A DNA stretch of 64,000 bases from IMG/VR virus record IMGVR_UViG_3300042456_000759. One strand, 5' to 3'. This document shows positions 54,323 through 64,000 of this stretch, one piece after another; position 1 is the stretch's first letter, and every line of letters begins with the position of its first letter. The stretch is from a virus. Taxonomy: Duplodnaviria; Heunggongvirae; Uroviricota; Caudoviricetes. A program made the position numbers and the translations under genes. The notes under the pieces were generated by a model. That model did no database searches, had not been told where the DNA came from, and saw only the letters and a program-made list of their open reading frames with translations.

Positions 54323-55212
54323 CATTAGATCATATAAAATATATAACTTTTTCTCAATTAATGAGTTCAGTAGAATCTGATATGGATTCTTTTGCGGATT
54401 CAGGAATGATTGATAGATCTAAGTATATCAAAACAGTAAGGAAAGTTAATTCAGATTTAGGTATTAGAATAAATAAAGAAAAAGAAAAGGTATTACCTAT
54501 TAAAAATTATAAAATTCAATTACCTGATGATTTTGAATATTTACAATTAGCTCTACTTTGTAAAGAAAATCCAACTTCATATAGTGTATCTGATTCTGTA
54601 GATCCCGCTAAATTAGTTCCTGTAGTTACTTCTTGTAATATTCCGAGTGGTTGCAGTCAATGTCCTAAACCATCATGTTCAGGAGAAGGTTCTGTTAATT
54701 TATGTGGTAACTGTTATAAGATCTATGAGTATCAAGCTCAAGATTTAACTATTGTATATGACACAAATTGTCCTGTAAAATTAACAAAAAGAAGTCATAA
54801 TTATTGCGCAGATTCATGTTTAAACCTATTATGTTCTTCTGACAAGTATAAATATACATTAGACTTAGATGATAGAATTATGACTATATCAGGAATTAAA
54901 GAAGGGTATGTTTATATTAATTATTTAACTGATATGGTAAATGATGATAATGAGGTTTTAATTGTAGATCATCCTTTAGTTAATGATTTTTATGAATATT
55001 CCGTAAAGGAAAAGATGTTAGAGAATTTTTTATTAAATTCTGATGCTGATGTAGCTAATAAATTAAAATATGTAATTGATCAAAAACGATTAGCTCGAAT
55101 TGAAGCTATGAATTTTGTCTATATGCCAGAGTATACAGAAATAGTAAGTTATCAAAATGCTAAAAGACAAAACTTTTATAATAGATATTTTAAAGCATTT
55201 GAACGATACTAA
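54319..55212 (+). CDS. hypothetical Cys-rich protein
   Basis: CNIPSGCSQCPKPSCSGEGSVNLCGNCYK. Confidence 0.45.
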   Translation: MTLDHIKYITFSQLMSSVESDMDSFADSGMIDRSKYIKTVRKVNSDLGIRINKEKEKVLPIKNYKIQLPDDFEYLQLALLCKENPTSYSVSDSVDPAKLVPVVTSCNIPSGCSQCPKPSCSGEGSVNLCGNCYKIYEYQAQDLTIVYDTNCPVKLTKRSHNYCADSCLNLLCSSDKYKYTLDLDDRIMTISGIKEGYVYINYLTDMVNDDNEVLIVDHPLVNDFYEYSVKEKMLENFLLNSDADVANKLKYVIDQKRLARIEAMNFVYMPEYTEIVSYQNAKRQNFYNRYFKAFERY

Positions 55213-55637
55213 TGACATTATCTAAATACATATATGTAGATGCACAGTATGAATATACTTTAGAGATTATTTTTACAACGGATGTAAAACGATCTTTGAA
55301 AGCACTATATAAGAAATGGGATTTAGATGAAGAACCAGATGATTGTGAAGCATGTACTGTAACATGTCAATATGAGGATCATAATGATATAACTAAGTAT
55401 GCATTAGTGTTTAATGTAAATAATTTATCTCATAATATTATATCTCATGAGCTTTTACATTTAGCTTGTTTTATTTTAGATGATAGGAATATAGATTTAA
55501 AAGGAGGTAATGATGATTATGAAAATGCAGCTTGGTTAATTGGACATTTGACTGAAATAGTATATCAAGCTATATCTAAAGAAAAATATAAAATCAAACC
55601 AACTGCAATCAAAGCAAAAATTAAAAAAATTGGATAA
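55212..55637 (+). CDS. small protein with HExxH motif (possible zinc metallopeptidase)
   Basis: IISHELLHLACFILDD contains HELLH. No other support. Confidence 0.3.
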   Translation: MTLSKYIYVDAQYEYTLEIIFTTDVKRSLKALYKKWDLDEEPDDCEACTVTCQYEDHNDITKYALVFNVNNLSHNIISHELLHLACFILDDRNIDLKGGNDDYENAAWLIGHLTEIVYQAISKEKYKIKPTAIKAKIKKIG

Positions 55638-58600
55638 ATCTTCTTTAAATAATTACACAAATTATCCCAGTAAAGGATTAAACATGGATTACTCAGAAAT
55701 GAGTAATAATAAAGACATGTGGGTATATGCTAGAAATGTAGTTTTAAATTCTCAAAATGGAGATCTTCTTCATATAGAAAACGAACCTTCTACATTACAT
55801 TGTGTTGATTTTCCATATACATATATTAGCTCTATCAAATTAAAAGATAACAGATATGCTGTATTTACAACAGATAATTTTTATTCTGAAATAGGTATAT
55901 TTGATGCTCAAAATTGTAGTTATTCTAGATTAGTAAATGACAGTTGTTTAAACTTTTCAACTGATAATCCTATATTTGGTCATTCAAAAGAAAACTATGA
56001 TGGATCAGAATCTATATATTGGGCTGATGGACAACGTAATGAATTAAGAACTTTAAATATATCAAAGATTTCATATAGATATACTGAAGATGATGACAAT
56101 TGTAAAACTAAAACATATTCTACAGATTTAGATTGTAATGAATTATCTTTTACAAAAAAAATAAATATCCCAGAAATTAAATCTGAAAAAGGTTCATTTG
56201 GTACATTAAAAAACGGAACATATCAATTTGCAATAGCTTATTCATCTAATAATCAACGTATTACAGATTATTTCTCTACTACTCATCCTGAACAAATATG
56301 GTCTCATAATAAGAGTAACGGTTCAATTGATATTACAATATCTAATTTAGATGTTGATTTTGAACGATATCAATTATTAGTAATAGCCAATATAGATAAT
56401 CAAACTATCTATAAAATATTAGGAGAATACAATATTAATCAAGTTAATCATTCTATTATAACAATAGAAAAACCAGAACATATATCTATTCCTCAAGAAG
56501 AAATATCTATTAAAAGAACTTATTATCAAAAAGCAGATTATTTAGTTGCAAATGATCAGTTTTTATTTTTAGCAGGAGTTTCTTCTAGAAAAGAATTAAA
56601 TTATCAAAAACAAGCTTTAGACATTGTTTCTAAATATGTTGTATATAGAGTTCCTTTAGATCACTATTCTACATTTAATGATCCAGGTTATTATAGAGAT
56701 GAAGTTTATTCCTTTTCTATTCAATGGTTATATGATGATGGTGAATGGTCTTCTTTAAGTCATATTAAAAATAGAGATGCTAAATCAGTTGAACTCCAAA
56801 CAGTATATGGGGATGATACTTTTTCAGATACAGAATGTTCCAAACCTAGTCCAAATTATTATTGGCAAATATATAATACTGCTGAAAAACCTTCTTTTAA
56901 AAATCAAGAATTTTTAACATGTGATAGAACTATATTATCAGAAGGTTTAATGGCTTATCATGAATCTACTGATTTATATCCTGATAATAAGTCGTTATTT
57001 GGAGAATATTCTTGTACGCCAATTAAACATCATAAATTTCCTGATGAATCTATTGTTCCTCGTTATACTGTTTTAGATGGTAGAGTTTACTTAAACATAT
57101 TAGGTGTTAAGTTTGAAAATATTTCACATCCTATCGATGAAAATGGACATATCCGCAAAGATATAAAAGGGTATAGAATTTGGAGAGGAGACAGATCTAA
57201 TAATAGAAGTGTTATAGCTAGGGGTGTATTTACGAATGTCAGAGAATATACTGATCAAAAAACAAAAAAGACATTTAAGTATTCCAACTATCCTTATAAT
57301 TATACTAAATCTGATTTATTTATATCTGAAAAACAAACTTATAATAAGCAGAATGGAGAAAAAGATTATATAGCTCCAAAAACAGTTAAAACTGATGAAT
57401 TTACTTTTTATTCTCCACATTGTTTATTTGACAGAGTTGGATTAGGAGATTATGTAACTTTTAATAGTCAAGAAACAGCCAATGTTGAAGGTTTTTTCAG
57501 TTATGTAAATAAACATCCTAAAGCTAAATTATTATCAGATAAAGTTATTTATTATGCTACTGTAATTGGTGCTATTGATGGTGTAATGAGAGCTTTTGTA
57601 GGAGCTAAAACTGAAACAAAATATACAGACGGTTCTGTAACCACAGAAGCAGGTACAGGAGGAAAAGTAGTTTCATACCGTCAAATGAAACAAGTCCAAA
57701 GAACTAATGATATATTAAAGTCTGTAGCTAATTTAGATGCTGGATCAGGTTCAGCAGCTGAAAAAGCATTATTAAAAGCGTTATCTTCATTAGCTAAATT
57801 TGGAGCATTTGCTTATTTTATGGCTGAAACAGCTCAAAAAGTAATTGATACAGTATATAATGTAACATCATGGAAAGAATATGCTATACAATATAATTCC
57901 AGAGCTTTTTTTAATATTCAAAATATAATTAAAAAAGAGAATTATAGAAGACGTATTGATACTTATCAATATTTATCATCAGGATTAAATACATTAGTTG
58001 CTTCACCTACAGAAACATATAATAATTTATATAAAGAAGATAATGTATTTATAAAGTTAAATAAATCTGTTAAGTTATTAACAGGAGATAATTCTCAAAT
58101 TTTAATTTCTAAATCTAATACTTGCGGAGAGGTTGATGTACCTATTGAGACTAAAGCTACTTTATATTATGGAACTGTAAAACGAACATATCCTAATCAA
58201 TATGGTCAATTAGATACAATTAATTATGTAGCTACCAATGGGACTTATTATAAAGTAGATGCAAATCCTTCATTATTAACTACTTATTCTACTGGGTTAA
58301 TATTAGGAGGAGATTGTTATATTAATAAGTTTTCTGTCAATAATCCAACTGATTTATTTTCAGATCCATTATATGAAGTACCAGATGGATTTCCTTATAA
58401 CTATAGAAATTATAAAGCATTAGCGTATCCTAGATTCTGGGCTGATACTACTCCGTATGAGTTTTTAAATATCATTCCTACTCCAAGTATTACAAATAAA
58501 TCATCATTTCCAAAAGAATCAAATCTACCAAGACAGAAATACAATTTAGATTGTAAGAACAAAAAAGGTTTTTCATTAATTAATGATTCTCATTTTTATA

Positions 58601-60228
58601 CATCTATAAATGGTGTATTTGAGTTTATTGTTGAATCAGATTATAATTTAGATTTAAGAGATTGGAAAAAAAGTAAACCTGATTTTTATACTCAGAATCC
58701 TGATTTAAAGCATTTGTTTAAAAATAAAGGTTCTGAGAGAGGATTTGAAGAATTTATATATGATAAGAGTTTATCTAAGAAAATGAACGATGAATACTTT
58801 TATCAACAAGCTTTAGATTATGATCCGACCACGGATCATCCTTATAAAAAGAATAAGACTGTTTATTCTTTACCTGCATTTGTTGATCAGAAGTTTGATA
58901 GTTGGTTAACTTTTCTACCAAATAATTCATTTAATTTTTCAAATTCCCAATTTGGGAACTTAACTTCTATTCAAATTATTAGTGATCAGAAGTTATTATT
59001 TTTATTTGATAAATCTTCTCCATATATAACACCTGGAAGAGCTGAATTAAAAACAGTAGATAATGAAACGGTATATTTAGGAGACGGTTCTTTAATTCGA
59101 GATCCGAGACCTTTATTGATAACGGATGATAATTTTGGAAACTGTCAATCTCGATATGCGTTTAATAATACAAAGTTTGGATTTTTTTATCCTTCTCAAA
59201 GAAAAGGTAATTCTTTTCAATTTTCATCTAATTTAGATGAGATATCAAGAAATGGAATGTATTTCTTTCATAGTAAAGAATTACCTTCTAAGTTATTACA
59301 ATCTTTTTCTAATTATAAAAATAATGATAATCCTTTTAATGGTGTAGGATTAACATCTGCGTATGATCCAATTAAAGAAATATATTATTTAACAAAGATT
59401 GATTTTGTTCCTATATTTACAGAAATTACATATAATGAAAAAGATAATAGATTTTATTATAACAATAAACAAGTGTCCTTATCTGATAGAAGATATTTTG
59501 CTGATGCTGGGTGGACTATATCATATAGTCCTTCATTAAAAGCTTATATCTCTTTTCATGATTATAAACCTGTTGAATATTTAGTAGGGGAAAGAAACTT
59601 TTTTTCTGTAATTAATCATAATAATAAATCTTCGATTCATCAACATAATGTTAGGTGTGATTCATATTGTAACTTTTATGGAGTAGATTATCCACATGCT
59701 TTTACATTACCCATTAATAATGGTCCTGAAGTTCAAGTATTAAATTCAATAGAGTTTCAGTCAGAAACTTATTTATATAATAATAATTGTAGAGATAGAT
59801 ACCATGTTTTAAATGAATCTTATAACAAAGCATTAATATATAATACTGAACAATGTTCAGGATGGTTAACTTTAAATGCCAAACAAAAACAAAAGATGTC
59901 ACAACATCTTAAATACGATAAAGTTAATTTTAATAATTCAACACAATCTTATGATATTTATGTAGATAAAGTAGAACAAAAATATAGATTTAATCAATTT
60001 AGAGATATTTCTATAAATAGAAGTTTATCACAACCTTTATTATTAACAGATCATACAGGTTATAATTTCATCTTAAATCCTTTATCGATAGATTATAATA
60101 AATCTATATATGAAAAAACTTTATTTAGGCATTCTCATTCTAGATTATATTTAGAAAGAACTGTTTCTGGTCCTAATAAATTAATATTTTATTTATCAAA
60201 TTCTCAACAAGTTAATTCTCCAAGATAA
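55630..60228 (+). CDS. giant virion-associated protein (1532 aa)
   Basis: ORF track. Asn/Tyr/Ser-rich. No catalytic motif recognised (no DxDGD). Confidence 0.55.
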   Translation: MDKSSLNNYTNYPSKGLNMDYSEMSNNKDMWVYARNVVLNSQNGDLLHIENEPSTLHCVDFPYTYISSIKLKDNRYAVFTTDNFYSEIGIFDAQNCSYSRLVNDSCLNFSTDNPIFGHSKENYDGSESIYWADGQRNELRTLNISKISYRYTEDDDNCKTKTYSTDLDCNELSFTKKINIPEIKSEKGSFGTLKNGTYQFAIAYSSNNQRITDYFSTTHPEQIWSHNKSNGSIDITISNLDVDFERYQLLVIANIDNQTIYKILGEYNINQVNHSIITIEKPEHISIPQEEISIKRTYYQKADYLVANDQFLFLAGVSSRKELNYQKQALDIVSKYVVYRVPLDHYSTFNDPGYYRDEVYSFSIQWLYDDGEWSSLSHIKNRDAKSVELQTVYGDDTFSDTECSKPSPNYYWQIYNTAEKPSFKNQEFLTCDRTILSEGLMAYHESTDLYPDNKSLFGEYSCTPIKHHKFPDESIVPRYTVLDGRVYLNILGVKFENISHPIDENGHIRKDIKGYRIWRGDRSNNRSVIARGVFTNVREYTDQKTKKTFKYSNYPYNYTKSDLFISEKQTYNKQNGEKDYIAPKTVKTDEFTFYSPHCLFDRVGLGDYVTFNSQETANVEGFFSYVNKHPKAKLLSDKVIYYATVIGAIDGVMRAFVGAKTETKYTDGSVTTEAGTGGKVVSYRQMKQVQRTNDILKSVANLDAGSGSAAEKALLKALSSLAKFGAFAYFMAETAQKVIDTVYNVTSWKEYAIQYNSRAFFNIQNIIKKENYRRRIDTYQYLSSGLNTLVASPTETYNNLYKEDNVFIKLNKSVKLLTGDNSQILISKSNTCGEVDVPIETKATLYYGTVKRTYPNQYGQLDTINYVATNGTYYKVDANPSLLTTYSTGLILGGDCYINKFSVNNPTDLFSDPLYEVPDGFPYNYRNYKALAYPRFWADTTPYEFLNIIPTPSITNKSSFPKESNLPRQKYNLDCKNKKGFSLINDSHFYTSINGVFEFIVESDYNLDLRDWKKSKPDFYTQNPDLKHLFKNKGSERGFEEFIYDKSLSKKMNDEYFYQQALDYDPTTDHPYKKNKTVYSLPAFVDQKFDSWLTFLPNNSFNFSNSQFGNLTSIQIISDQKLLFLFDKSSPYITPGRAELKTVDNETVYLGDGSLIRDPRPLLITDDNFGNCQSRYAFNNTKFGFFYPSQRKGNSFQFSSNLDEISRNGMYFFHSKELPSKLLQSFSNYKNNDNPFNGVGLTSAYDPIKEIYYLTKIDFVPIFTEITYNEKDNRFYYNNKQVSLSDRRYFADAGWTISYSPSLKAYISFHDYKPVEYLVGERNFFSVINHNNKSSIHQHNVRCDSYCNFYGVDYPHAFTLPINNGPEVQVLNSIEFQSETYLYNNNCRDRYHVLNESYNKALIYNTEQCSGWLTLNAKQKQKMSQHLKYDKVNFNNSTQSYDIYVDKVEQKYRFNQFRDISINRSLSQPLLLTDHTGYNFILNPLSIDYNKSIYEKTLFRHSHSRLYLERTVSGPNKLIFYLSNSQQVNSPR

Positions 60229-63200
60229 TGATTAGAAAGTTAAAAAAATATCAGCAAGGCGGATCGTTTAGAGATCAATTATTTCCTGAGAATAAACCTG
60301 TTGTAGATCAAGGTAATTTTTCAAAAGTCAAATATACACCAGCTCAAAAAGCTGCAATGCAAAATGCAAATCTTGTTAGAAAAAATGAAGAAAAAAAGAA
60401 GTTACAAGATGAGATAGCTGCAAGACAATCTAAAGAAAAAGGAACGCCATATAAACTTCCAACAGGAGTAACTAAAAAATATAAAGATATGACTCTTAAA
60501 GAAAGAGCTTATGTTGATGCTCAATCTTTAAGAAATAAAGGTAGATGGAATGAAAACCAAGTTGAACAACCTTTTTTAAATACATTTAATCCTATTACCA
60601 TGTTATATGATATGGCAGCGGGATTAGGTGAAGCTCCGTTAACATCTGATGTAAGTAATTCTTATATGCCTTATGTAACAGGTGTAGTTGCACCTTTAGC
60701 TGTTGGTGCATTCGCTGGAATAGGTGCTAAAACTACAGGTCAATTTGTTAATAACTTAGTAAACCCTTTAGCTGACATAGTTAATGCAAAAAAAATTAAA
60801 GACTATCAAGAAGGATTTAAAAGAGTGTTACCTGAAAAACAATATTTGATAGGTGAATTTAGCGGAAATAAATTTAAGGAACTAAAAAAATTAGCTCTTT
60901 CTTTATCTCCAAATACAACACAGGCATTAGGAAAACTTGATGCTAATATTGCTAAGGAAATGTTAAATGATTACAGGTTTGGAGAATATTCTACAGTAAA
61001 AGATTTTAGAAGAACTGTTAAAAAAGCATTATTAGAATCAGAAAGATTAAAAAAAATAAACCCTAATGTAGACTTTTCAAGAGACTTAGGAATCCAAAGT
61101 TGGATGTTAAAAAAACCTGAGAATTTAAAAAATTTTGCAGATGCCCAATTAATGATGGATAAGTCTTTGAGTAGTCAAAAAAAGTTTTTAAATTACATTG
61201 AGGATGAATATAATAAAAAAATAAATTTAATTAATAATTATGATGTTTTTAAAAATATAGCCGAAGAATCTCCTCAATATACTGATCTAATATATGATCA
61301 TTTAAAAAATCCTCAAGTACCTGATAATATTTTTTTAGATAATTTGGTAAAACAATCTAATACATTTATTAGAGCAGTAAAAAACCCTTTAAATAACAAA
61401 AATAAATTTTTTAATATTAGTGGAAGAAGTATAACTAAATCTGGTAAAAATACAATGGATGTAGAAGGGTTTCCTGTAAGTAACATTTACGGAGATTACA
61501 GATATAAAATAGAACCTGATGCTGAAAAAATGGCTGAAATAGCTTCTGCACCTTTAGAAGAAAAATGGTCTAAAAGATTTTTAGATAACTCTAATATTAG
61601 TAATGATAATATAAATCTAGAAGATGGGTGGTTAACTCAAAAAAGTGAAGACTATTCTAATTGGTTTAAAAAAAGAAGACAGAGAAATAATCAGGTAAAA
61701 AATGTACCAATGATTGTGGATCAGCCAATGAATATACCTCAAAAATATTTAAATTATCCTCAGCATAAAATATTTACTAGTGATTTAAATGAACAAGTCT
61801 TAAAAGGATTTGATCTATCAGAACTTAACATCTCAAATAAAGATGCTTATAAATATCTACCTGGATTTACTAGAGGGTTTAAAAAAGGTGGAATTATTCA
61901 AGATGATAGAGGACAATGGGCTCATCCAGGACAAGTGACACAAATCGGTAGTCCTAATATTACAATGCGTGGTGTAAACTATCCAGTGTTAGGAGTCGGT
62001 GCAGATGGTCAAGAAATTATGATGCAACCTGGAGGTGATTATACATTTAACCAAGCTCCAGTTACAGAGTATCCTATGATGCAAGGAGGAGGAGGGTTTA
62101 TTTCTAATTTAAAAAAAGCATATGTAGATGCTTATAATAATTATAATAGTAGAACATTTCCTGCTGAAACATTACCTCAAAGACAAAAAGCCTATCGTAC
62201 AATTAATCCTTCTAGTTATCTTGATTTACGCAATTATGGAAGATGGGTTTCGGATAAACAAAGGGATGAATCTTATGACCCCAGAAGTGAAGAAGCATTT
62301 AAATTTTATTTAGGTTTAAGTAAACCGGAAGATTTACAATATATAAGAAAATCTCAATATAGACCTACAATTAACGCTACGGATAAATATTATTATGCAG
62401 TAGATCCTGAACTTGAACAAGATATATTTAATGCATATAAAGATAAAGTAAAATTAAATGAAACTTTACAAACAGATGAATCAGAATTTGAAACAGCTTT
62501 AAGTGGAAAAGGAGCTGCTGGTTTATTAGGCAGATTTGGAGTAAGTAAAGGTCATGATGAAAATGGAGATTACTTATCATATTATGATAGATATGATTTA
62601 AAAGATTTTGCTCAAAAAAGAACAAAAGGTGTACCTTATTCAATATATAATAGAATATATTATCCTAAAAAAGAACAAGGAGGAGAAATGATTAATTATA
62701 AATCAGGTGGACAAATGATTAAACGTGCAGATGGTTCATATTCTAGACCAGGACTTTGGGATAATATTAGGAAAAATGCTGGATCAGGTAAAAAACCTAC
62801 AGCACAGATGTTAGAACAAGAACGTAAGATTAGAAATAAATATCAAGAAGGAGGTTCGACTAAACAAAATCCACCTAAAGAATATACTGATTATAAAGCT
62901 TTTAAAAAAGCTGAAAGATTATATAAAGACAGTTTAAATTTGTATAATAATAATTTAAATTATAAAAATAAATATTTAGATTTTGTAAATAAAGCTGGAT
63001 TTGATAAAACAAAAGTAGAAGAATGGCCTACAGATGGCTATGTGAATACAGAACAGCATCCTACAATAGGAGCTATTAGCAACGGTGTTTTAAAAAATAG
63101 TGGGGGTGGTTTTAGAAGAGATAGCAAAGGTAATCCTATATATTTTAATTATTTTCCATTAAAAAATGGGAAAGAATTAAAAGTTTATACAGATTCTTTT

Positions 63201-64000
63201 GTTGGCTCAATACTAAATAAAAGATATTATAACTATAAAAAACCAGTAGAACCAGTAGTATATAAACCACAATCGTCTGTCAATAAATCAAAACAATCAG
63301 TAAACGCAAATAGAACCGAAGTAATGAAGAAGCCGATAATACCAAATTTAAGCGAAGAATATCAGTATAAAAAATGGAAAGAAAGATATGGTATAGAAGA
63401 TGAGATACTGGACAGACTTCCTATGCTCCCATATTTAACAGAAGATTCTGATATCACAATGAATAGCGGTCAATTTAAGGTTCCTGCACCCGTAGTTCAG
63501 CAACCAAAAGGAAGACCTGTATATGGTCCTGGTAACACTATTATCGGATACAATAATAATATGCACTTTACTCCTGCGTTACAATATACAGGTGCACCAA
63601 ATAACGCATCTAATTTGCAGGATAAAGCTTTACTTGAGAACCCTGACGCGTTGCGTCAATACGTTTCAAAATTGGATAATTATAGATTTGATAAGGGAGG
63701 AGTATATAGTCAAGCATTAAACAATACAATTAATGGATTAAATCAATTATCTTATTTTTCTAAGAATTCTCCTGACAACGCTATGAGAGATTATTATATG
63801 AATATGTCTAATTATGATTCTAATAATAAAGATTTATATTCAACTAATCAAGACTTATATGGTAATACTTATTTTGATGAGGGAGGTTCTTATGAAGAAT
63901 TATCAAATGAATATAATGATCTTAGTGAATTACAAGCTATAGCTAGTATGGATGGAGACAATGAGTTATATGAATATCTTGCTCCTCAAATAAGTTCAGT
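60228..64000 (+). CDS. second giant protein, partial (more than 1257 aa, continues past the window end)
   Basis: Manual translation from ATG 60228, which overlaps the upstream stop by 1 nt (TAATG), shows no stop codon to the window end. Absent from the ORF track only because it is unterminated. Confidence 0.5.
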   Translation, partial: MIRKLKKYQQGGSFRDQLFPENKPVVDQGNFSKVKYTPAQKAAMQNANLVRKNEEKKKLQDEIAARQSKEKGTPYKLPTGVTKKYKDMTLKERAYVDAQSLRNKGRWNENQVEQPFLNTFNPITMLYDMAAGLGEAPLTSDVSNSYMPYVTGVVAPLAVGAFAGIGAKTTGQFVNNLVNPLADIVNAKKIKDYQEGFKRVLPEKQYLIGEFSGNKFKELKKLALSLSPNTTQALGKLDANIAKEMLNDYRFGEYSTVKDFRRTVKKALLESERLKKINPNVDFSRDLGIQSWMLKKPENLKNFADAQLMMDKSLSSQKKFLNYIEDEYNKKINLINNYDVFKNIAEESPQYTDLIYDHLKNPQVPDNIFLDNLVKQSNTFIRAVKNPLNNKNKFFNISGRSITKSGKNTMDVEGFPVSNIYGDYRYKIEPDAEKMAEIASAPLEEKWSKRFLDNSNISNDNINLEDGWLTQKSEDYSNWFKKRRQRNNQVKNVPMIVDQPMNIPQKYLNYPQHKIFTSDLNEQVLKGFDLSELNISNKDAYKYLPGFTRGFKKGGIIQDDRGQWAHPGQVTQIGSPNITMRGVNYPVLGVGADGQEIMMQPGGDYTFNQAPVTEYPMMQGGGGFISNLKKAYVDAYNNYNSRTFPAETLPQRQKAYRTINPSSYLDLRNYGRWVSDKQRDESYDPRSEEAFKFYLGLSKPEDLQYIRKSQYRPTINATDKYYYAVDPELEQDIFNAYKDKVKLNETLQTDESEFETALSGKGAAGLLGRFGVSKGHDENGDYLSYYDRYDLKDFAQKRTKGVPYSIYNRIYYPKKEQGGEMINYKSGGQMIKRADGSYSRPGLWDNIRKNAGSGKKPTAQMLEQERKIRNKYQEGGSTKQNPPKEYTDYKAFKKAERLYKDSLNLYNNNLNYKNKYLDFVNKAGFDKTKVEEWPTDGYVNTEQHPTIGAISNGVLKNSGGGFRRDSKGNPIYFNYFPLKNGKELKVYTDSFVGSILNKRYYNYKKPVEPVVYKPQSSVNKSKQSVNANRTEVMKKPIIPNLSEEYQYKKWKERYGIEDEILDRLPMLPYLTEDSDITMNSGQFKVPAPVVQQPKGRPVYGPGNTIIGYNNNMHFTPALQYTGAPNNASNLQDKALLENPDALRQYVSKLDNYRFDKGGVYSQALNNTINGLNQLSYFSKNSPDNAMRDYYMNMSNYDSNNKDLYSTNQDLYGNTYFDEGGSYEELSNEYNDLSELQAIASMDGDNELYEYLAPQISS

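Noticed and set aside
55630-60228. Giant virion RNA polymerase (crAss-like) identity for the 1532-aa protein
   Set aside because: I scanned for the DxDGD / NADFDGD catalytic motif and for a two-barrel arrangement and found none in either giant ORF. It is left as unknown rather than called RNAP.
23116-62643. Minus-strand ORFs inside the plus-strand operon: 23116..23346, 25133..25324, 31477..31707, 32372..32617, 35087..35284, 35690..35917, 39104..39289, 50879..51121, 59714..59902 and 62428..62643. Plus-strand ORFs 62128..62313 and 63523..63720
   Set aside because: Each lies entirely within a long, well-supported ORF on the other strand or in another frame (terL, capsid-module genes, giant proteins). 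They are spurious.
1-64000. Possible stop-codon reassignment (TAG/TGA/TAA recoding), given the suppressor-like tRNA candidate
   Set aside because: Structural and replication genes are long uninterrupted ORFs in the standard code: 1532 aa, 920 aa, 831 aa, 780 aa, 740 aa and an unterminated ORF of more than 1257 aa. There is therefore no evidence of in-frame recoded stops in this window.
1-64000. CRISPR arrays, integrase or recombinase, reverse transcriptase (retron/DGR), toxin-antitoxin pairs
   Set aside because: No regularly spaced direct repeats, no tyrosine or serine recombinase motifs, no RT motifs (YxDD) and no small two-gene toxin-antitoxin signatures were seen in any frame.

Overview
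This window is an AT-rich (about 28-30% GC) double-stranded DNA phage or prophage region with two opposed gene blocks. The left block (1-18917, minus strand) holds many small, mostly unrecognisable early or accessory genes, interspersed with tRNA and tRNA-like genes and with several long non-coding stretches of distinct composition. The right block (19224 to the window end, plus strand) opens with a GroES-like co-chaperonin and accessory genes: a DUF1573 protein, a ClpP-like protease, a CGPC thioredoxin and a SET-domain protein. These are followed by a structural module: large terminase, portal, scaffold-like and capsid-like proteins, baseplate and fibre proteins including three paralogous Cys-rich fibres, and a strong terminator. 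Next comes a nucleotide-metabolism and replication-accessory module: DUF3310, ThyX, PhoH, a T5orf172/GIY-YIG-like gene, an HNH gene and a DEDD exonuclease with a zinc ribbon. The window ends with two giant ORFs, one of 1532 aa and one of more than 1257 aa that runs off the window. The DUF1573 protein and a TAnnTTTG-type -7 promoter box point to a Bacteroidetes (Flavobacteriia-like) host. The most unusual signal is a pair of hammerhead-ribozyme-like motifs of type III, both on the minus strand at 16467-16527 and 16934-16994. They have compensatory changes in helices I and III, a GUC cleavage triplet, and the same one-nucleotide insertion in both copies. Together they bracket a 463-nt non-coding segment. 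Also notable are a family of tRNA-like genes with identical acceptor, D-loop and T arms but 80-135 nt central insertions (5315-6107), and tRNAs with atypical anticodon loops. The minus block also encodes a small HD-domain (p)ppGpp-hydrolase-like protein and an SPFH/prohibitin-like protein. A GC-richer island (18266-19100) carries a canonical tRNA-Met and a gene with foreign codon usage. No integrase, CRISPR array, reverse transcriptase or stop-codon recoding is evident. All annotations are by-eye motif recognition and need confirmation by database searches.
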